Source: Heptranchias perlo
Lineage: Eukaryota
Direction: 5' to 3'
DNA: 64,000 bases
NCBI RefSeq assembly: GCF_035084215.1
Contig: NC_090348.1
Location: 23,932,001 to 23,996,000 of the forward strand
Position 1 is the first letter of the stretch. Each line of letters opens with the position of its first letter. This document shows positions 1-13,135 of this stretch, one piece after another. The translations under genes were made by a program, and so were the position numbers. The notes below the pieces were generated by a model, which saw only the letters and a list, made by a program, of their open reading frames with translations, was not told where the DNA came from and ran no database searches.

Positions 1-161
1 ACACTGCATGAAAAGGTAAAATATCCAGTTTCACAAAATGAAGGCTAAATTGACTTAAATCAAAGTCATTGCTACATTTTTATTTTAAATTCAGCATCAA
101 ATGAATAATTCCTCTGCCCCTCCATAAAAAAGCCTTTTGGTTCATATAGTAATATACTTAC

Positions 162-294
162 CTTGCATGATTGGAAACCACACTGACACTGGTGCATATA
201 CTCGATTCTGAAGCACAGCGACGACGCAGGTGATCAACTGGATTGGTTTGTGTGGTTTCTGGTTTCTCCTCATTACCAAATCCATTAGATAATG
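162..294 (-). CDS. BRD1: BRD1 coding exon 8 (LSNGFG...RRRCASESSI); gene continues beyond the left edge
   Basis: 133 nt between a ttttccAG acceptor and a GTAAGT donor; phase fits the preceding exon; RRRCASESS motif of BRD1. Confidence 0.9.
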
Positions 295-1927
295 CTGGAA
301 AATTAAAATGCAGTTAATTGCAAAATTAACAACATTTTGTTCAATACCTTGAAAAGCTTTCAGAACTTCCAGGATTTAATTTTTTATTGATCCAACAGTA
401 AGAGACCCAAGTGATCTGACAAATTAACCCAATGGAGAGATCTTACTTGAACTCTCACCAAAGATTTGGTATCCACAGTTAGCGCATTATAAAATTTGTG
501 GCTTCATACAGGATTGATTTTATTTTTAAGAAATGGAATAAGGTCATTATGTCCAATAAACCTTTCCCTTTTCCACAGATCTCAACCCCACCTAACTACT
601 CGTTTCGCACAATTCCTTTGGTTTCCACAAAAATATCTAGTTGCCTTTTCAAACTAATTATGTATCAATTCATATTAACAGTAAAGGAAGTCAGGTTTGC
701 AACTAAAAAGGTTTTGGGACAAATTAGGAAATAGGGCCGGCAAGAGGCAGATACTGTTTAACGTTGGTATCAGCAGATTAATGAGTGTGAAGAAGGGGAA
801 TAAGCAATGGAATATAAGTTAAACCATATTAGTTTGCACGATATGGATCTAAGGGTACTCATGTATACTCAGTAAAACTATCACTACAATGTGCAACATC
901 ATGGCTAGCTCACAAAAACTAATTGTACCATGTGAAACAGCAGTAAACAAAGCAAACAAGTCTTAGAAAGTAATATTAAGCTTGTACAAAGGATTGGTCT
1001 GGCCCCAGCTGGAGGACAGCGTACTGGTCACTGCGGGCCACTGCCAGCATGCTCTCGACCTCTTCCAAGCTGGCCTCCCCTCCCCGGACTTACCAGTGAG
1101 CCTTGGCACGGGGCGAAATTGGTAAGGCTGCAACAGGCGAGCTGCTCGCCTGAATTACGATGAGGTCCAAGGACAAATTTAGGATAGTTCTTGGGCCTTT
1201 CTGTTCCGTGCGCCGTCGCTGCAAGCAGCTGGAATTACACCCGTTATTTGGTGCTACACCCATTATAAGGGCTGATGTCTCTAAAATCAAGGCCTGCAAT
1301 ATGCCCAGCAGTCTTACATGAAATGCCTACCAAATAAATTTTACGAAATCATGCATGCTATACTAGCTTCAGTGTTTGAGTATTGTTTTTCAAAGCTAAT
1401 AAGTTGGTTTACGACCACTACCTTTGGGATCAACTTAGGGCAACTATTTCACATGGCAAGTCTACTTTATAAAATAACTGATATTGGACTTGTAGAACAA
1501 TGTTACCAAGGAAGGTTGCAGGGTTACAAAGAGCCAGCATGGGCTCGATTGGCCAAATGGCCTCCTCCTGCGTTGTAACTATTCTATGATTCTGTGTGAA
1601 TAGTATAAATGGGATCCAACTAAATGGGTTTTTGGAAAGTGAAGGAATTGAGGGATATAGTTAGAAAGGTGCCAGTTGGAAATACTTGTTGGCCCCAAGG
1701 ATCTTTGCCTGTTCCTGGGCAGACATTACAAACAATTGGCCCTTAAGGGGTTATAGAAATCTTTTTTAAATGGTCAAGAAGCTGCTTTTCTAAAAGTAAA
1801 TCAATTGTAAGCAATAGTTGTGTACATATACTGTAATGTTGCAAAAAGCCCTGGTCTTAGATTGAAATAATCCCTCTTTTAAAATATTCAAATAGCAAGA
1901 ATTCTTAAAAGATTTTCAGGTATTTAC

Positions 1928-2428
1928 CCAGGTCAGGTTTTTTGAGGGGCAATTTTTCACCATCTGCTTCAGAGTCACCACACAAGCTACGTGACCTCTT
2001 CCTTGGCTGCAACAGTGTCTCCAGTCTGGGAATCACCACGGATAAGAAGGTTTTCGTTCCCAGCTGCCCCTGAAGTGGTTGAGTTTCTGCATTTTTTGCT
2101 GGTTTTTGAGGGCTCACACTTTTGGCTTTTCGGAAAAGAACAGAGGTGCATCTACCAACGTCAACTGACAAATCAACGACAGTAGTTTTTGAGCTACTGA
2201 CATCACCATTACTCAGGTCATCTGCAGTATGTCCATTCATTGTCACATTGTGCAGGGAAGTGTTACTCACTTCACTGTCAAACTTAACTCTTTTGTGTAG
2301 TCTACTCTGGTCAGTGCTAGGTTCTATTGGCTTGAGGGTAGGTGGTTCTGATGGAGTCTCTGAAGATGGCAGAAGAGGCAAAGAATCAGATGGCTCAAGA
2401 GTAGGTGGCACTGACGATTTTGAATCTC
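1928..2428 (-). CDS. BRD1: BRD1 coding exon 7, long form (PPTLEPSD...PRLETLLQPRKRSRS)
   Basis: ORF 1905-2411; 501 nt with tttcAG acceptor and GTAAAT donor; resembles the BRD1 long-isoform segment. Confidence 0.9.
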
Positions 2429-3023
2429 CTGAAACAGTATGTACAATAATTTACAAAATCTTTAAAATAACTGCATTATTGGTTTAATAATACTAGCTGA
2501 AACAGTTTGTCCTCTACTTTTCTACTATACAAAGCCTGCATCAGGTATTTGGTTAACTAGTATTTGCGCATGTTAAACAGCACCGTCACAAAATAGTTAC
2601 ATTGAAAGCGTGGGTTAAGAAAACCTGGCACTATTGAAGTGTTGTTTTACTCTGTATAAATCTGTACTTAATTCACTTCCCGGTTTTGAAATGCCTAAAC
2701 ACAACTAAAGTTTAAACTGCAGAATAGAAACATGCTGAATTTTGGTGCTAACTAGGCATAAATATCCTTTAGCACTTCTGGGTACTGACTTTAGCACTTG
2801 CGTGACTGCTTTCTATGGAGCTTTTGTATAAGATAAACTAAGAACAGCTCAAGTGGAGGATACAGTCCAACAATTCGAGCTTTTTTTTAATATATGGGGG
2901 TTCTTTCTCATCCCCATGTGGTAATATTTCACTTTAAGAAGCATAAAGGTGGCATTTGGCAATCATGCTGCCTGAAAAGCATTAAAACCAATTGCATCAA
3001 ATGTATTCAATAATGATATTCAC

Positions 3024-3281
3024 CGTATTCCTCACCATCTTGTTCTGATTTTGTTCCATCTTCAACTACATTGTTTTCAGTCTGTGCCTGTTCATTCTGA
3101 GCCTTCTGTTGGCTTAACCGCAAGCGGATGTTATTAATTTCTTTTCGCAGTAACTTGGCACGTCTAGATCTGGCACCACAGGATTTCATTGCACATGTCA
3201 TGTCCAGTTTGTCCAGCAACTCCTTAAGCTGCATTTCCAAGGACATGTGCTCTCTATTTGCAGGTACCAGTAATCTATCCA
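3024..3281 (-). CDS. BRD1: BRD1 coding exon 6 (VDRLLVPANREHMSLEMQLKELLDKLD...RAKLLRKEI)
   Basis: ORF 3007-3282; TAG acceptor; GTGAAT donor after 3024, with an alternative in-phase GTGAGG donor after 3036. Confidence 0.88.
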
Positions 3282-3388
3282 CTATAAGGAAGCAAAAGGA
3301 TCAATTAACAGATTTCTATTTTAAGTCAAGAGCTCCAGGCTTCCTAAAATTACTACCATGAAAATAACCACCATTACATGACAAATAT

Positions 3389-4085
3389 GGGGTAGAGTTT
3401 CCGCTAGTTTTGTGCCCAGATTCCAGCGCAATTGGCTGAAGCACGCAAAAGATTGGGGAATTTAGAACGTAAGCGAGTTTCGCTCAAGAACACTTATGTT
3501 CGTGTTTTCCGCATCTTTTACGCTGGTTCAAGATTCAGTTTGCCTGAATCAGGCCCCGCCCGCAGGTCAAAATTGCAAGGTTACGCTGGTTCGGGAAAGC
3601 TCTTCAAATTGCACTTATTTTCTTAGGTGCACAGGGATTAGTCGGCACATTTTAAAAGCTTTATCATATCAAAAAATATTTAATTTATTAAGAAACTGAC
3701 TATGTACACCAATGAAACTGTTAAATGGTTCAGTATAGTTCTTTTAAGTCATTTTCAATGATTTTAAATCAGGTTACTCACAGGTGGAGGACTGGACACC
3801 CTTATTAAAATTTTAATTTTTGGTGATAAACCCATTTTCAGCTATGTTAATAAAACTGCACCAGGATACAACTCAAATACATCAAGGAATACTTTGTTCA
3901 TGGAAAGAAAAAGAAACCATTATGTTCTATTACGCTGCCCGATTGGGCTGGCTCATGGAAGATTTTACGTTTGTGACTGTGCAAATTCATTTTTGCGGAA
4001 ACTTGACCTGTAACCTAACTAGCCCAATTTCAAGCGCATTTTGGGCACAATCGGGAAATTATGCCCAAAGCAGAAACTCTACCCC
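3389..4085. mobile_element. Non-autonomous DNA transposon (PIF/Harbinger-like MITE)
   Basis: Terminal inverted repeats GGGGTAGAGTTTCCGCT and AGCAGAAACTCTACCCC (16/17 match); no coding capacity. Confidence 0.7.
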
Positions 4086-4182
4086 ATGGAGTTTAATTAA
4101 AGGCTGGCATCAATACATCAACATTGATATCTTCTGTTTTTTCATAATTGTAACAAATAGAACATTGTTTTAACAGCAAAGC

Positions 4183-5630
4183 TTTATCTACAGGTGAGGT
4201 GCCTGAAGATTGGAGGGTAGCAAATGTTGTGCCTTTGTTTAAGAAGGGCGGCAGGGAAAAGCCTGGGAACTACAGACCAGTGAGCCTGACATCTGTAGTG
4301 GGTAAGTTGTTAGAGGGTATTCTGAGGGACAGGATCGACAGGCATTTGGAGAGGCAGGGACTAATTAGGAACAGTCAGCATGGTTTTGTGAGAGGAAAAT
4401 TATCTCACGAATTTGATTGAGTTTTTTGAAGGGGTAACCAAGAAGATAGATGAGGGCTGTGCAGTAGACGTGGTCTACATGGACTTCAGCAAAGCATTTG
4501 ACAAGGTACCGCATGGTAGGTTGTTACATAAGGTTAAATCTCATGGGATCCAAGGTGAGGTAGCCAATTGGATACAAAATTGGCTTGACGACATAAGACA
4601 GAGGGTGGTTGTAGAGGGTTGTTTTTCAAACTGGAGGCCTGTGTCCAGCGGTGTGCCTCAGGGATCGGTGCTGGGTCCGCTGTTATTTGTTATTTATATT
4701 AATGATTTGGATGAGAATTTAGAAGGCATGGTTAGTAAGTTTGCAGATGACACCAAGATTGGTGGCATTGTGGACAGTGAAGAAGGTTATCTAGGATTGC
4801 AACGGGATCTTGATAAATTGGGCCAGTGGGCCGAGGAATGGCAGATGGAGTTTAATTTAGATAAATGTGAGGTGATGCATTTTGGTAGATCGAATCGGGC
4901 CAGGACCTACTCCGTTAATGGTAGGGCGTTGGGGAGAGTTATGGAACAAAGAGATCTGGGAGTACAGATTCATAGCTCCTTGAAAGTGGAGTCACAGGTG
5001 GATAGGGTGGTGAAGAAGGCATTCAGCATGCTTGGTTTCATTGGTCAGAACATTGAATGCAGGAGTTGTACAGGGCATTGGTGAGGCCACACTTGGAGTA
5101 CTGTGTACAGTTCTGGTCACCCTATTATAGAAAGGATATTATTAAACTAGAAAGAGTGCAGAAAAGATTTACTAGGATGCTACTGGGACTTGATGGTTTG
5201 ACTTACAGGGAGAGGTTAGACAGACTGGGACTTTTTTCCCTGGAGAGTAGGAGGTTAAGGGGTGATCTTATAGAAGTCTATAAAATAATGAGGGGCATAG
5301 ATAAGGTCGATAGTCAAAATCTTTTCCCAAAGGTAGGGGAGTCTATAACGAGGGGGCACAGATTTAAGGTGAGAGGGGAGAGATACAAAAGGGTCCAGAG
5401 GAGCAATTTTTTCACTCAAAGGGTGGTGAGTGTCTGGAACGAGCTGCCAGAGGCAGTAGTAGAGGCGGGTACAATTTTGTCTTTTAAAAAGCATTTGGAC
5501 AGTTACATGGGTAAGATGGGTATAGAGGGATACGGGCCAAGTGCAGGCAATTGGGACTAGCTTAGTGGTATAAACTGGGCGACATGGACATGTCGGGCCG
5601 AAGGGCCTGTTTCCATGTTGTAACTTCTAT
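4183..5630 (+). mobile_element. CR1 LINE, 5'-truncated; reverse transcriptase and 3' UTR, frameshifted
   Basis: ORFs 4199-4420, 4413-5084 and 5057-5560 carry YRPVSLTS, DFSKAFDKV, GVPQGSVLGP, FADD and RLRGDLIEVYK; GGGCCGAAGGGCC 3' tail. Confidence 0.95.
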
Positions 5631-5959
5631 AAATAGGGCATTGTTATATTTTCTGTGTGATAGGATCTGAATTTTTTTTATTTCATGCATATTTTTATTT
5701 ACTAAACATATTAGCATTTGGATCGCATGTTACCTAAAGTAAAACTATTAGCAAAATATAATCCCTCAATACTGCTGTGATACTACCAGTTGAAGTGAAT
5801 CATGAAGTACAGGATGTATAAACTATCACATCCTACCTTGAAGCTGCTCAGCCAGAACTTTGTTTTATTTTGGATTTTATTAAAATAATTGGTTTCTAGT
5901 ATTGTTCAAAACAAATTGCTCTTTTGTCAACATACCCACATGTAAAATTAGACATTGAT

Positions 5960-6037
5960 ACATTTAACCTGGACTGGCAAAATCCAAATCCCTTTCCCAC
6001 ATTTAACCTGGACTGGTAAAATCCAAATCCCTTTCCC
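5960..6037. repeat. Tandem duplication, 2 x 39 bp
   Basis: ACATTTAACCTGGACTGG(C/T)AAAATCCAAATCCCTTTCCC occurs twice with one mismatch. Confidence 0.9.
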
Positions 6038-7940
6038 ATCGAAAGTAAAAACAAGTGTCTCGGATTTTTGCAGGGCTTCTCCCGATTGTTCACACATATC
6101 TCTGGGGAGACAACCAGGCCATTTCTCAAGGGTTTCTGTCACAATTACGGCAGACGAGCGGGAGAACCCTTGTGGAAATTCCAAGCAAATTAGTTAATTT
6201 TTAATGCTTGACTAGGTTTGTTTCTAGGTTAGTGCTCCAGAAATATTGCTGGTATCTAAAATTTTTTTAAAAATGAACAAAGTGAATTATTGTCCTCATT
6301 AAGGTGAGGAACGTGAGCTTAGGGCAAGAAGAGAAAATGTTCTCACTTCATTTTGCCTTCTGTAGCAGCATCAAGCCTCTCAGTTCTATGTCACTTATGA
6401 CACATGCTAGATGTAGCGTAAACCTCTCTCCACACTGCTCTAAAAATCTATTTTTGTCTTAATCTCAGAAGGGTGCCTTGTTACAAGCTGAAACTTTCAG
6501 CCTCGTAGAAGGTTACCTTGTGGTTTCTGCTCCAAACTGCAGGTCGTTTTGTGTTGTGGCTTTATACCGTTAGTAGGTGAATTGAGCCTACTCACACTTA
6601 TTTCACTCAGGAGCCTTAATTTACAGAAATATTTCATCTAACAGTTTCAGCTAGATTTTAAAAAGGCTCCAGGACGAAAGGACAGTGGGTGAACTCAATT
6701 TAGTAGCCGATGCATGCCATTTATATGGTATAACTTTTTACAATTATTATTGAATCCGTTTTACATGCTGACAACTGGTGTTCTAGACCCAGAGAAAACA
6801 CACAAATGGGTACCTTGCTGGGCTTCTTCTGGCCCTGGATCCATCCACCACCTGCTTTCCTGGGAATGCTCGACATGTGCAGCCTGGGGTTAAATTCATG
6901 TCAGGGTCGGAATGACATCAGACCCCCACTTTTGAATATTTGAGGCCTTTGCCTGCCTGCAGTGTGAATGGGGAGGCAAGTCCTCTGTCCATATTTTAAC
7001 CCCCAGCATGCCCGTTCTCATTAGGCATGGGGGCTGGAGGGGTTTAAAAATCGGGGCTTATATGTAAATTAGGGTCCTGTTCCTGGTCAAGAACCCCTCT
7101 GCCAAATTGAACTTTGGGAGCGCTGCATTCGTTCATTCTAAAACCCACCCACCAATCCTTGGTGGCAACAGTCGGGAAGGAGGCTGCATCAGTGTTAGTC
7201 ATTTTAAACTGCTTGTGACTTTTAGATTTTTGGACCGGCAGGACAATCTCTGCCCAGGGGCTTGTGCACAAAATTACTCTGCCAGCATGAATGTGCTGCT
7301 CAGTCTGCCATTGGGGCTGGAAGATAAGGAGGAGAAAAAGCAGCATGTCACATTGGAGAGACCTGGAACTGCTGGGAGAACTTCTCCTAGCCACCATCTT
7401 CACTTTACAGCAATGACAGAGCTATGATTAAAAACAGCCAAAGTCCATCTCCCCATTAAGAGGTGCAGGCTGCCTTTAAAAGGCATCACTTGCTGCCCGA
7501 TTGTCTCCTCTCTCTTCCCCACACCTTGCACTCAATGAGCTGCCAATAAACAGCTCACTGAAGCGCTAGCAGCTCACCAATAATCAAAGGAGGCATGAGT
7601 ACCAATTTGGTCCATGCCTCTCGCCGACATCATCGGGCATATGTATCAGCCACCATGCCCATTTCACACCTGTTTTCAACTCAAGTTGAATTTCACCCTC
7701 AGAGAAATTGTGATCACACATCTCCAGGAAAAATCAGCTGTTGACCAGGGAACAATCATATGCTGGGAGTTATTTGTCCAAGGAAATAAAAGCACACACA
7801 GAATAATATCCATAATTCTACATGCTCTATCCAAATCAAGTTGGTAAATTTTGTTTTGTTGATCAGCCTACAAAATAATAGGCAAAGTATTGCAGCAGTG
7901 GATCAATACAGTCCTAGGAAGCAAAAATAAAAATAAATAC

Positions 7941-8253
7941 CTTCTTCCCATGTCAAAGCTTTAGTTGTTTCACTCTTTGGTGGTTCAGGCAAATGCATTG
8001 TAGTTTCATAGTCATAACCAATTCTGTCAGCTTCGCGGCGAGCCTGTCTTAGTATGACACCTCCCTGATCTCTCAATCGCACAGCTGCTCGGTAAAATAT
8101 GGTGTCCTTTGCATTATATTTCATACAGTTATCTATAATGAGGTTAACATCAGCTTCAAACTCATCCAGATTATTATAACCATGATCTTCTATCCTCTTT
8201 CTCATTGTGGAGAAGTCCATAGCGTGTGTTATATGATCTAAATAGTCCGGAAC
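7941..8253 (-). CDS. BRD1: BRD1 coding exon 5, bromodomain C-terminal part ([20 protein letters not shown]...[24 protein letters not shown])
   Basis: ORF 7903-8220; 313 nt with AG/GT boundaries; bromodomain YN motif. Confidence 0.95.
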
Positions 8254-9026
8254 CTGAAAAATAAAAACATTTTTAGTTAATAATGGGTTTTTCTTAAGTG
8301 TCTCAAGTACAAATATTAGCTGACTGCAAAAGATGCTAAAAATATTTTAAAGACATGTACATCTCTGGCAAACTAAAACTGGTTTCACAAACCAAGTTTT
8401 AGAATATACAAGCATGAGGCACAGAATTTGTAGATTTTCTAGAAAGAGAGCCAGGAGGACTACTACATGGTCTACTTGCCCTGTGCCCAGCTGCCTTACA
8501 GATGATCACTTAAATCCAGTCAAGAATACATTTATTACTGCCATCAACTATGGAGAATGCTGTGGGAAGTAGGACATTGTCCTCCTATCACCAGTATGTA
8601 AGGTTTAAGAGTCGAGGCCTGGTCAATCCTTATGGTTTGGGACAGGGGGAGTGGGAAAAGAACACTGAGTGAACAGACTCAGCTGAAGTGGTTGCATAAA
8701 CAGTATCTGTGTCATTGTCCTACACTGCCCATGAAAAGAGTCAGCCTGGAGATGGAGGTATAGTCTAGGGATGTCAATTAAAACTCCAGTGCACATGAAG
8801 GAACAAGATAGCTACTCCATTTCTTTTCATTGGCCTTTTGTTGATAGTAGAATTGTAATTTTTTTTTGCGAAGAGAATTCTACTACCTCTAGTTTTTTTC
8901 CCTCCTCTTGCCACTTATAGAAATCATAAAATAACCACTCAACAAATTACAACATATAAAAGTAATCAGGTAACAAAAACTCATTTTGGGGGTGGGGATG
9001 TTCAACTTGCATCCAAAATGGTACCT

Positions 9027-9390
9027 AAATGGTACCAGGGATGCAGGACTTCAGTTACATGGAGAGACTAGAGCAGAGAAGGTTAAGAGGAGATTTAATA
9101 GAGGTGTTCAAAATCATGAAGGGTTTTGATAGTTTCTCCTTATTTACTCTGTTTCCAGTGGCAGAAGTGTTGGTAATCAGTGGACACAGATTTAAAGTAA
9201 TTGGCCAAAAAACCAGAGGCGACATGGAGATTTTTTTTTAGGCAGCAAGTTATGATCTGGAATGCACTGCCTGAAAGGGTGGTGGAATCAGATTCAATAA
9301 CAACATTCAAAAGGCAATTGGATAAATACTTGAAGGGGAAATATTTGCAGGGCTATGGGGAAAAGGCAGGGGAATTGGACAGCTCTAAGT
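9027..9390 (+). mobile_element. CR1 LINE 3' fragment
   Basis: RRLRGDLIEVFKIMKG and WNALPERVV remnants. Confidence 0.85.
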
Positions 9391-9559
9391 GGGCAAGGCA
9401 TCGCCGATGCCCACCTAATGATGTTGGCGAGAGGCACAGACCATTTTCAGGTTTGTGCCTCAACTCCATGTGATGGCAAGCTGTCAGCATTATTTGGGCT
9501 GGTTATTGACAGCTCACCCATTCTGGGGTGGGGTTGAAGGAGGGCAGGAGAAACACCAT

Positions 9560-9830
9560 TTAAAGGCAGCTGTACCACTTAAAAGGGAGGTGGACTTTGC
9601 TTGTGCTGCATGTTTCTGTACCTGAACATGGAGAATACAGTCAGAATGAGTACTGCAAGGGCCCCAAGATTTTCAGACAGCACCATGAAGGTCCTTGTAG
9701 AGGAAATCAGCAGGGGGAAGGAGGTCCTGTTTTCTGCTGATGAAAGATGGGTGCCAAGGCAAATTGCCCAGCAACAGTGATCAGAGGTGGCTGAGCAAAT
9801 GAATGTGCATAGCGTCCTCAAACAGCTCTT
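9560..9830 (+). mobile_element. Harbinger transposon remnant with decayed Myb/SANT-like ORF
   Basis: From ATG 9628 reads ...RAPRFSDSTMKVLVEEISRGKEVLF...QQQ*SEVAEQMN; similar to the copy near 37900. Confidence 0.65.
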
Positions 9831-10041
9831 ATTGTGGGGTAACCAGCTTCCCTTCCCCATCTGAAAGTATACAGCAATTCATTCAGGAAAATGTATGAAT
9901 TCTATTACTCATAATTCTATTATGAATTCTATTACTCATAAGAAGCCATATTAAAAGCAATCTTGAGTGCTTAAATGGAAATAACATGATTATGGCCAAA
10001 ACAAAGAACGGACTCTTGTAATAAAGTAGGGAGATCCTCAC

Positions 10042-10170
10042 CTCTTTCAAACTCACTGGCTGAGCAAATATATGTGCTGTGTCCTTCTCCTGAAGCTGCT
10101 CCAAAATTGAGCGCAACATAACTGTCAATGGTGTTAGCTGAAGCTCCATAGCAACCTGCTGAACTTTGAC
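10042..10170 (-). CDS. BRD1: BRD1 coding exon 4 ([43 protein letters not shown]), start of bromodomain
   Basis: 129 nt, CAG acceptor, GTGAGG donor; ORF 9883-10149. Confidence 0.95.
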
Positions 10171-10305
10171 CTGCCAATATTTAATTACACAGATTTAAAA
10201 GAAAATCACCAAGAGCTAAAATATAAATCACAAACAAAAATTGAGTAGCATCCATTAAACCAAAATGATCCTTTGAATTTGACAAGAATGGATATTACAC
10301 AATAC

Positions 10306-10437
10306 CTGTTCACGTTTTAGTTTTTCACGTTTGCGAATAAGTTCAACCAGTAATCGTGCTCTTTCTAGGTCGTGGCGTAGCCTCTGCCAGTACTTCAGCT
10401 GCTCTTTCAAGCCATTTTTCTGTTCGTCATTTGTTCT
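10306..10437 (-). CDS. BRD1: BRD1 coding exon 3 (RTNDEQ...[29 protein letters not shown])
   Basis: 132 nt; BRPF EPC-II-type motif [10 protein letters not shown]; AAG acceptor, GT donor; possible upstream acceptor at 10500. Confidence 0.92.
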
Positions 10438-11595
10438 CTTTTCCAATCCAGGAGGAAGGAGAAGGGGGGAAAAAGTTAAGAATTCAGAAAAGAATTTTCT
10501 CTGTAAAAAAAATAATTGACGAATAACTATGGTAACAGTAATGGATTCAATGTATATGAAAATCATGATTGTTTGTTACTAATTCTCCCTTCGTTCCTAC
10601 ACGTGAAGTACTTTCTTTCACAAAACTGTCTTAGAACAAAATCTACAATCCCTTCCATCACAAGATCTGATTCCTCAAGGAAAGAAAAACTATTATATAT
10701 CTCACTGTAGAAATACTCTTAGGGCTCAATAGTCATGAAAATAATCAAAAATGCATCAGAGTTTAGTTTTCTACAGAGATCAAGAAAAAAACTTATGCTT
10801 AAGAAACAGTTGGATGAAATCCAACTGTAAGATTAAGTTTTATTTATCTAGTGGCCAGCATTAACTAAAAATTAATACAAGCTCAATGAGTTGGTAATCA
10901 ATTTCCTGGTCTCATTTTGGCTACTGCTCCAGACCCCAGCCCATTACTTCTATCTTCCTTTCTCATTCTTTTCTTTTTACACCTCTTGGGACCTCCTCTC
11001 TTGTCTCCTCCCTTTCTTGTTACCGTCATGCCTCCATTCATTTCTCCCCTCTCGGATACTTCGCCCCCACCCAAAACCATACCCTAACCAGTTATAATTT
11101 CTCTACCTTCTTACTCCTGCCTGCCCTCCCAGGCTTGATTCCCTCTTGGAAGCCCACAGCTTCCTGTGTCTCACTGTGCATTCTCTAAAGAGCCCATCGA
11201 GGCATTTGTTGCTTCCTGCTTACCAGCAGCAGTCCCAAGTGCCCCATTCTCTTCTTTCGCCAACCTTCCTACCCAGCTAACTTTGCCAACCTCTTTCCCG
11301 CCCTGCTCACCACAGCACACTTCAAACATGCTGTGCCAAAGCAACCACATCTTTTAAAAATCTTGCTATTTTGTAATATTAGCATATACAGCTTGCGTTG
11401 GAGTATTGAATATCTTTACAGTTTAAACTCAAAATGGACCCTGTGGGAGTCAGCCAAAACAGGAAACAAAAAAGTGCAACTTTCTAGATCAACTACCATC
11501 CCAAATCAGATGTATCTGTACTTTTTCCAAAAACAGCCTGTTTGACAAGTCTCAGTAGTGAGGGAAAGGATAGAAAAACAATGCATAATCTATAC

Positions 11596-11752
11596 CTGTT
11601 GTGTATTTCTCGGAGACTGCAAGTGTGACTGTAAACGTCGAAGTAGAGGTACACCATTTCTTGATTGTCGTTTAAGTGTCCAGTAAACATACAACCTCTG
11701 TATAAACTGTTTTTTTCGTGGCAATGACACCTGACTCATTATTTTGTTTAGC
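11596..11752 (-). CDS. BRD1: BRD1 coding exon 2 ([43 protein letters not shown])
   Basis: 157 nt translated by hand (absent from the ORF track); ttgcAG acceptor, GT donor; [19 protein letters not shown] is diagnostic of BRPF proteins. Confidence 0.93.
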
Positions 11753-12699
11753 CTGCAAAGAAAAGAACTTGTTTTAAAGTAGTTATTTCAGACAATATAA
11801 CAGTCATTAAGATGTCTTGGGAAACTAAGTCCAAGTGGTGAAGATGCTTTATTTAATACTGCACCCTATTTTCTCTTTACTAATTATTTTAGATTCCTTT
11901 TAGTCAGAGCACATTCCCCAGTATTTTATTCTGTGTGGGCAAAATATATTTTGTAAATGTTTATGGATTCATTTAAACTAATAGGAAAGTACTGGAGACT
12001 ATAGTGACCATTTTGGTAATCTTTTGTACTACAAATCCTTTCTCTTACTAGCAGAAATAAAAAAAAAGCCGTGGACAACTAATAGTTTTCGTATAAATGT
12101 ATCCAATAGAACCATGAAGGAAAATGTGAATATGAGGGGGGAAAAAGGAGGTAGAATGAAAAAAAGATGCTTTTTGCATGTTACGTTTAACTCAAAAATG
12201 TAATTTGAATGTTCTTGTACACATACTTGTTTAAAGTAGGGCTCTTAAGGAAAACCAGACTGTGCAATAAAGTTTCTTACTCTACAGCCCAGGTCTGGGC
12301 ACAGCACAATACTGGGAACACAATTATTAATGCACAAATCATAAGAATAAAGCATGCAATATTTTACATGTTCAGACTCATGCAGTAAAGCCACTAGTGA
12401 CCACATAACATGACCAGGTTTGCTTAGGAAAAATACTGCTCAGTAATGCAAGACAGATGTGACTGCTATATGCCAGCTAATTAGAAAGATTCACTAAGGT
12501 CCCAATATAAATCAATTAAAATTTACTTATAACCAGTTCGACTTTATATCTATAACATAGTCCTGTGTGCTATGAGATTACTTATCTGACATCCAGTCTT
12601 GGATGAGCCGCAAATTTCTTCCAGCTAAACATTCAGTAGACTAAAACCATAGTCATTGGCCCACAGCACAAACCCAGTACCCTTACCACCAACTCCATG

Positions 12700-13135
12700 C
12701 CCATTACCCAGCCACTATCTCAGGCCACAACATCCTAATCAAATGTGAGCTGAGCTTCCAACCCCAAATTCCCTCCGTCACAAAGACTGTGAACTTCCAC
12801 CTCTAACATGGACAGTCTCCTCCCCTACATCGGCAAATCTGCTGCTGAAACCCTCATCCACGCCTTTTGTCACCTCTGGACTTGATTACTCCAATGCTCT
12901 GCTGCTTGGCCTCCCATCCTCCACCCTTTGAAAACTACAGCTCATCCAAAACACTGCTGTCCATATTCTATCCCTCACCATGCTCATCTTCTCTTTAAGA
13001 CCCCCTTAAAACCCACCTCCTTGACCAAGTTTTGGTCACTGCTCAGCATCAATTTATTTATTTTTTTTAAACATGTCTGTGAAGCACCTTGGGATGTTTT
13101 TCTACATTAAAGGCCCTATATAAATGCAAGTTGTA
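12700..13135 (+). mobile_element. L2 LINE 3' fragment
   Basis: GAAACCCTCATCCACGCC...GATTACTCCAATGC motif and L2-type tail CTATATAAATGCAAGTTG. Confidence 0.75.

Noticed and set aside
4199-5560. Active or domesticated reverse transcriptase gene
   Set aside because: It is a 5'-truncated CR1 copy without the endonuclease, broken by two frameshifts or deletions.
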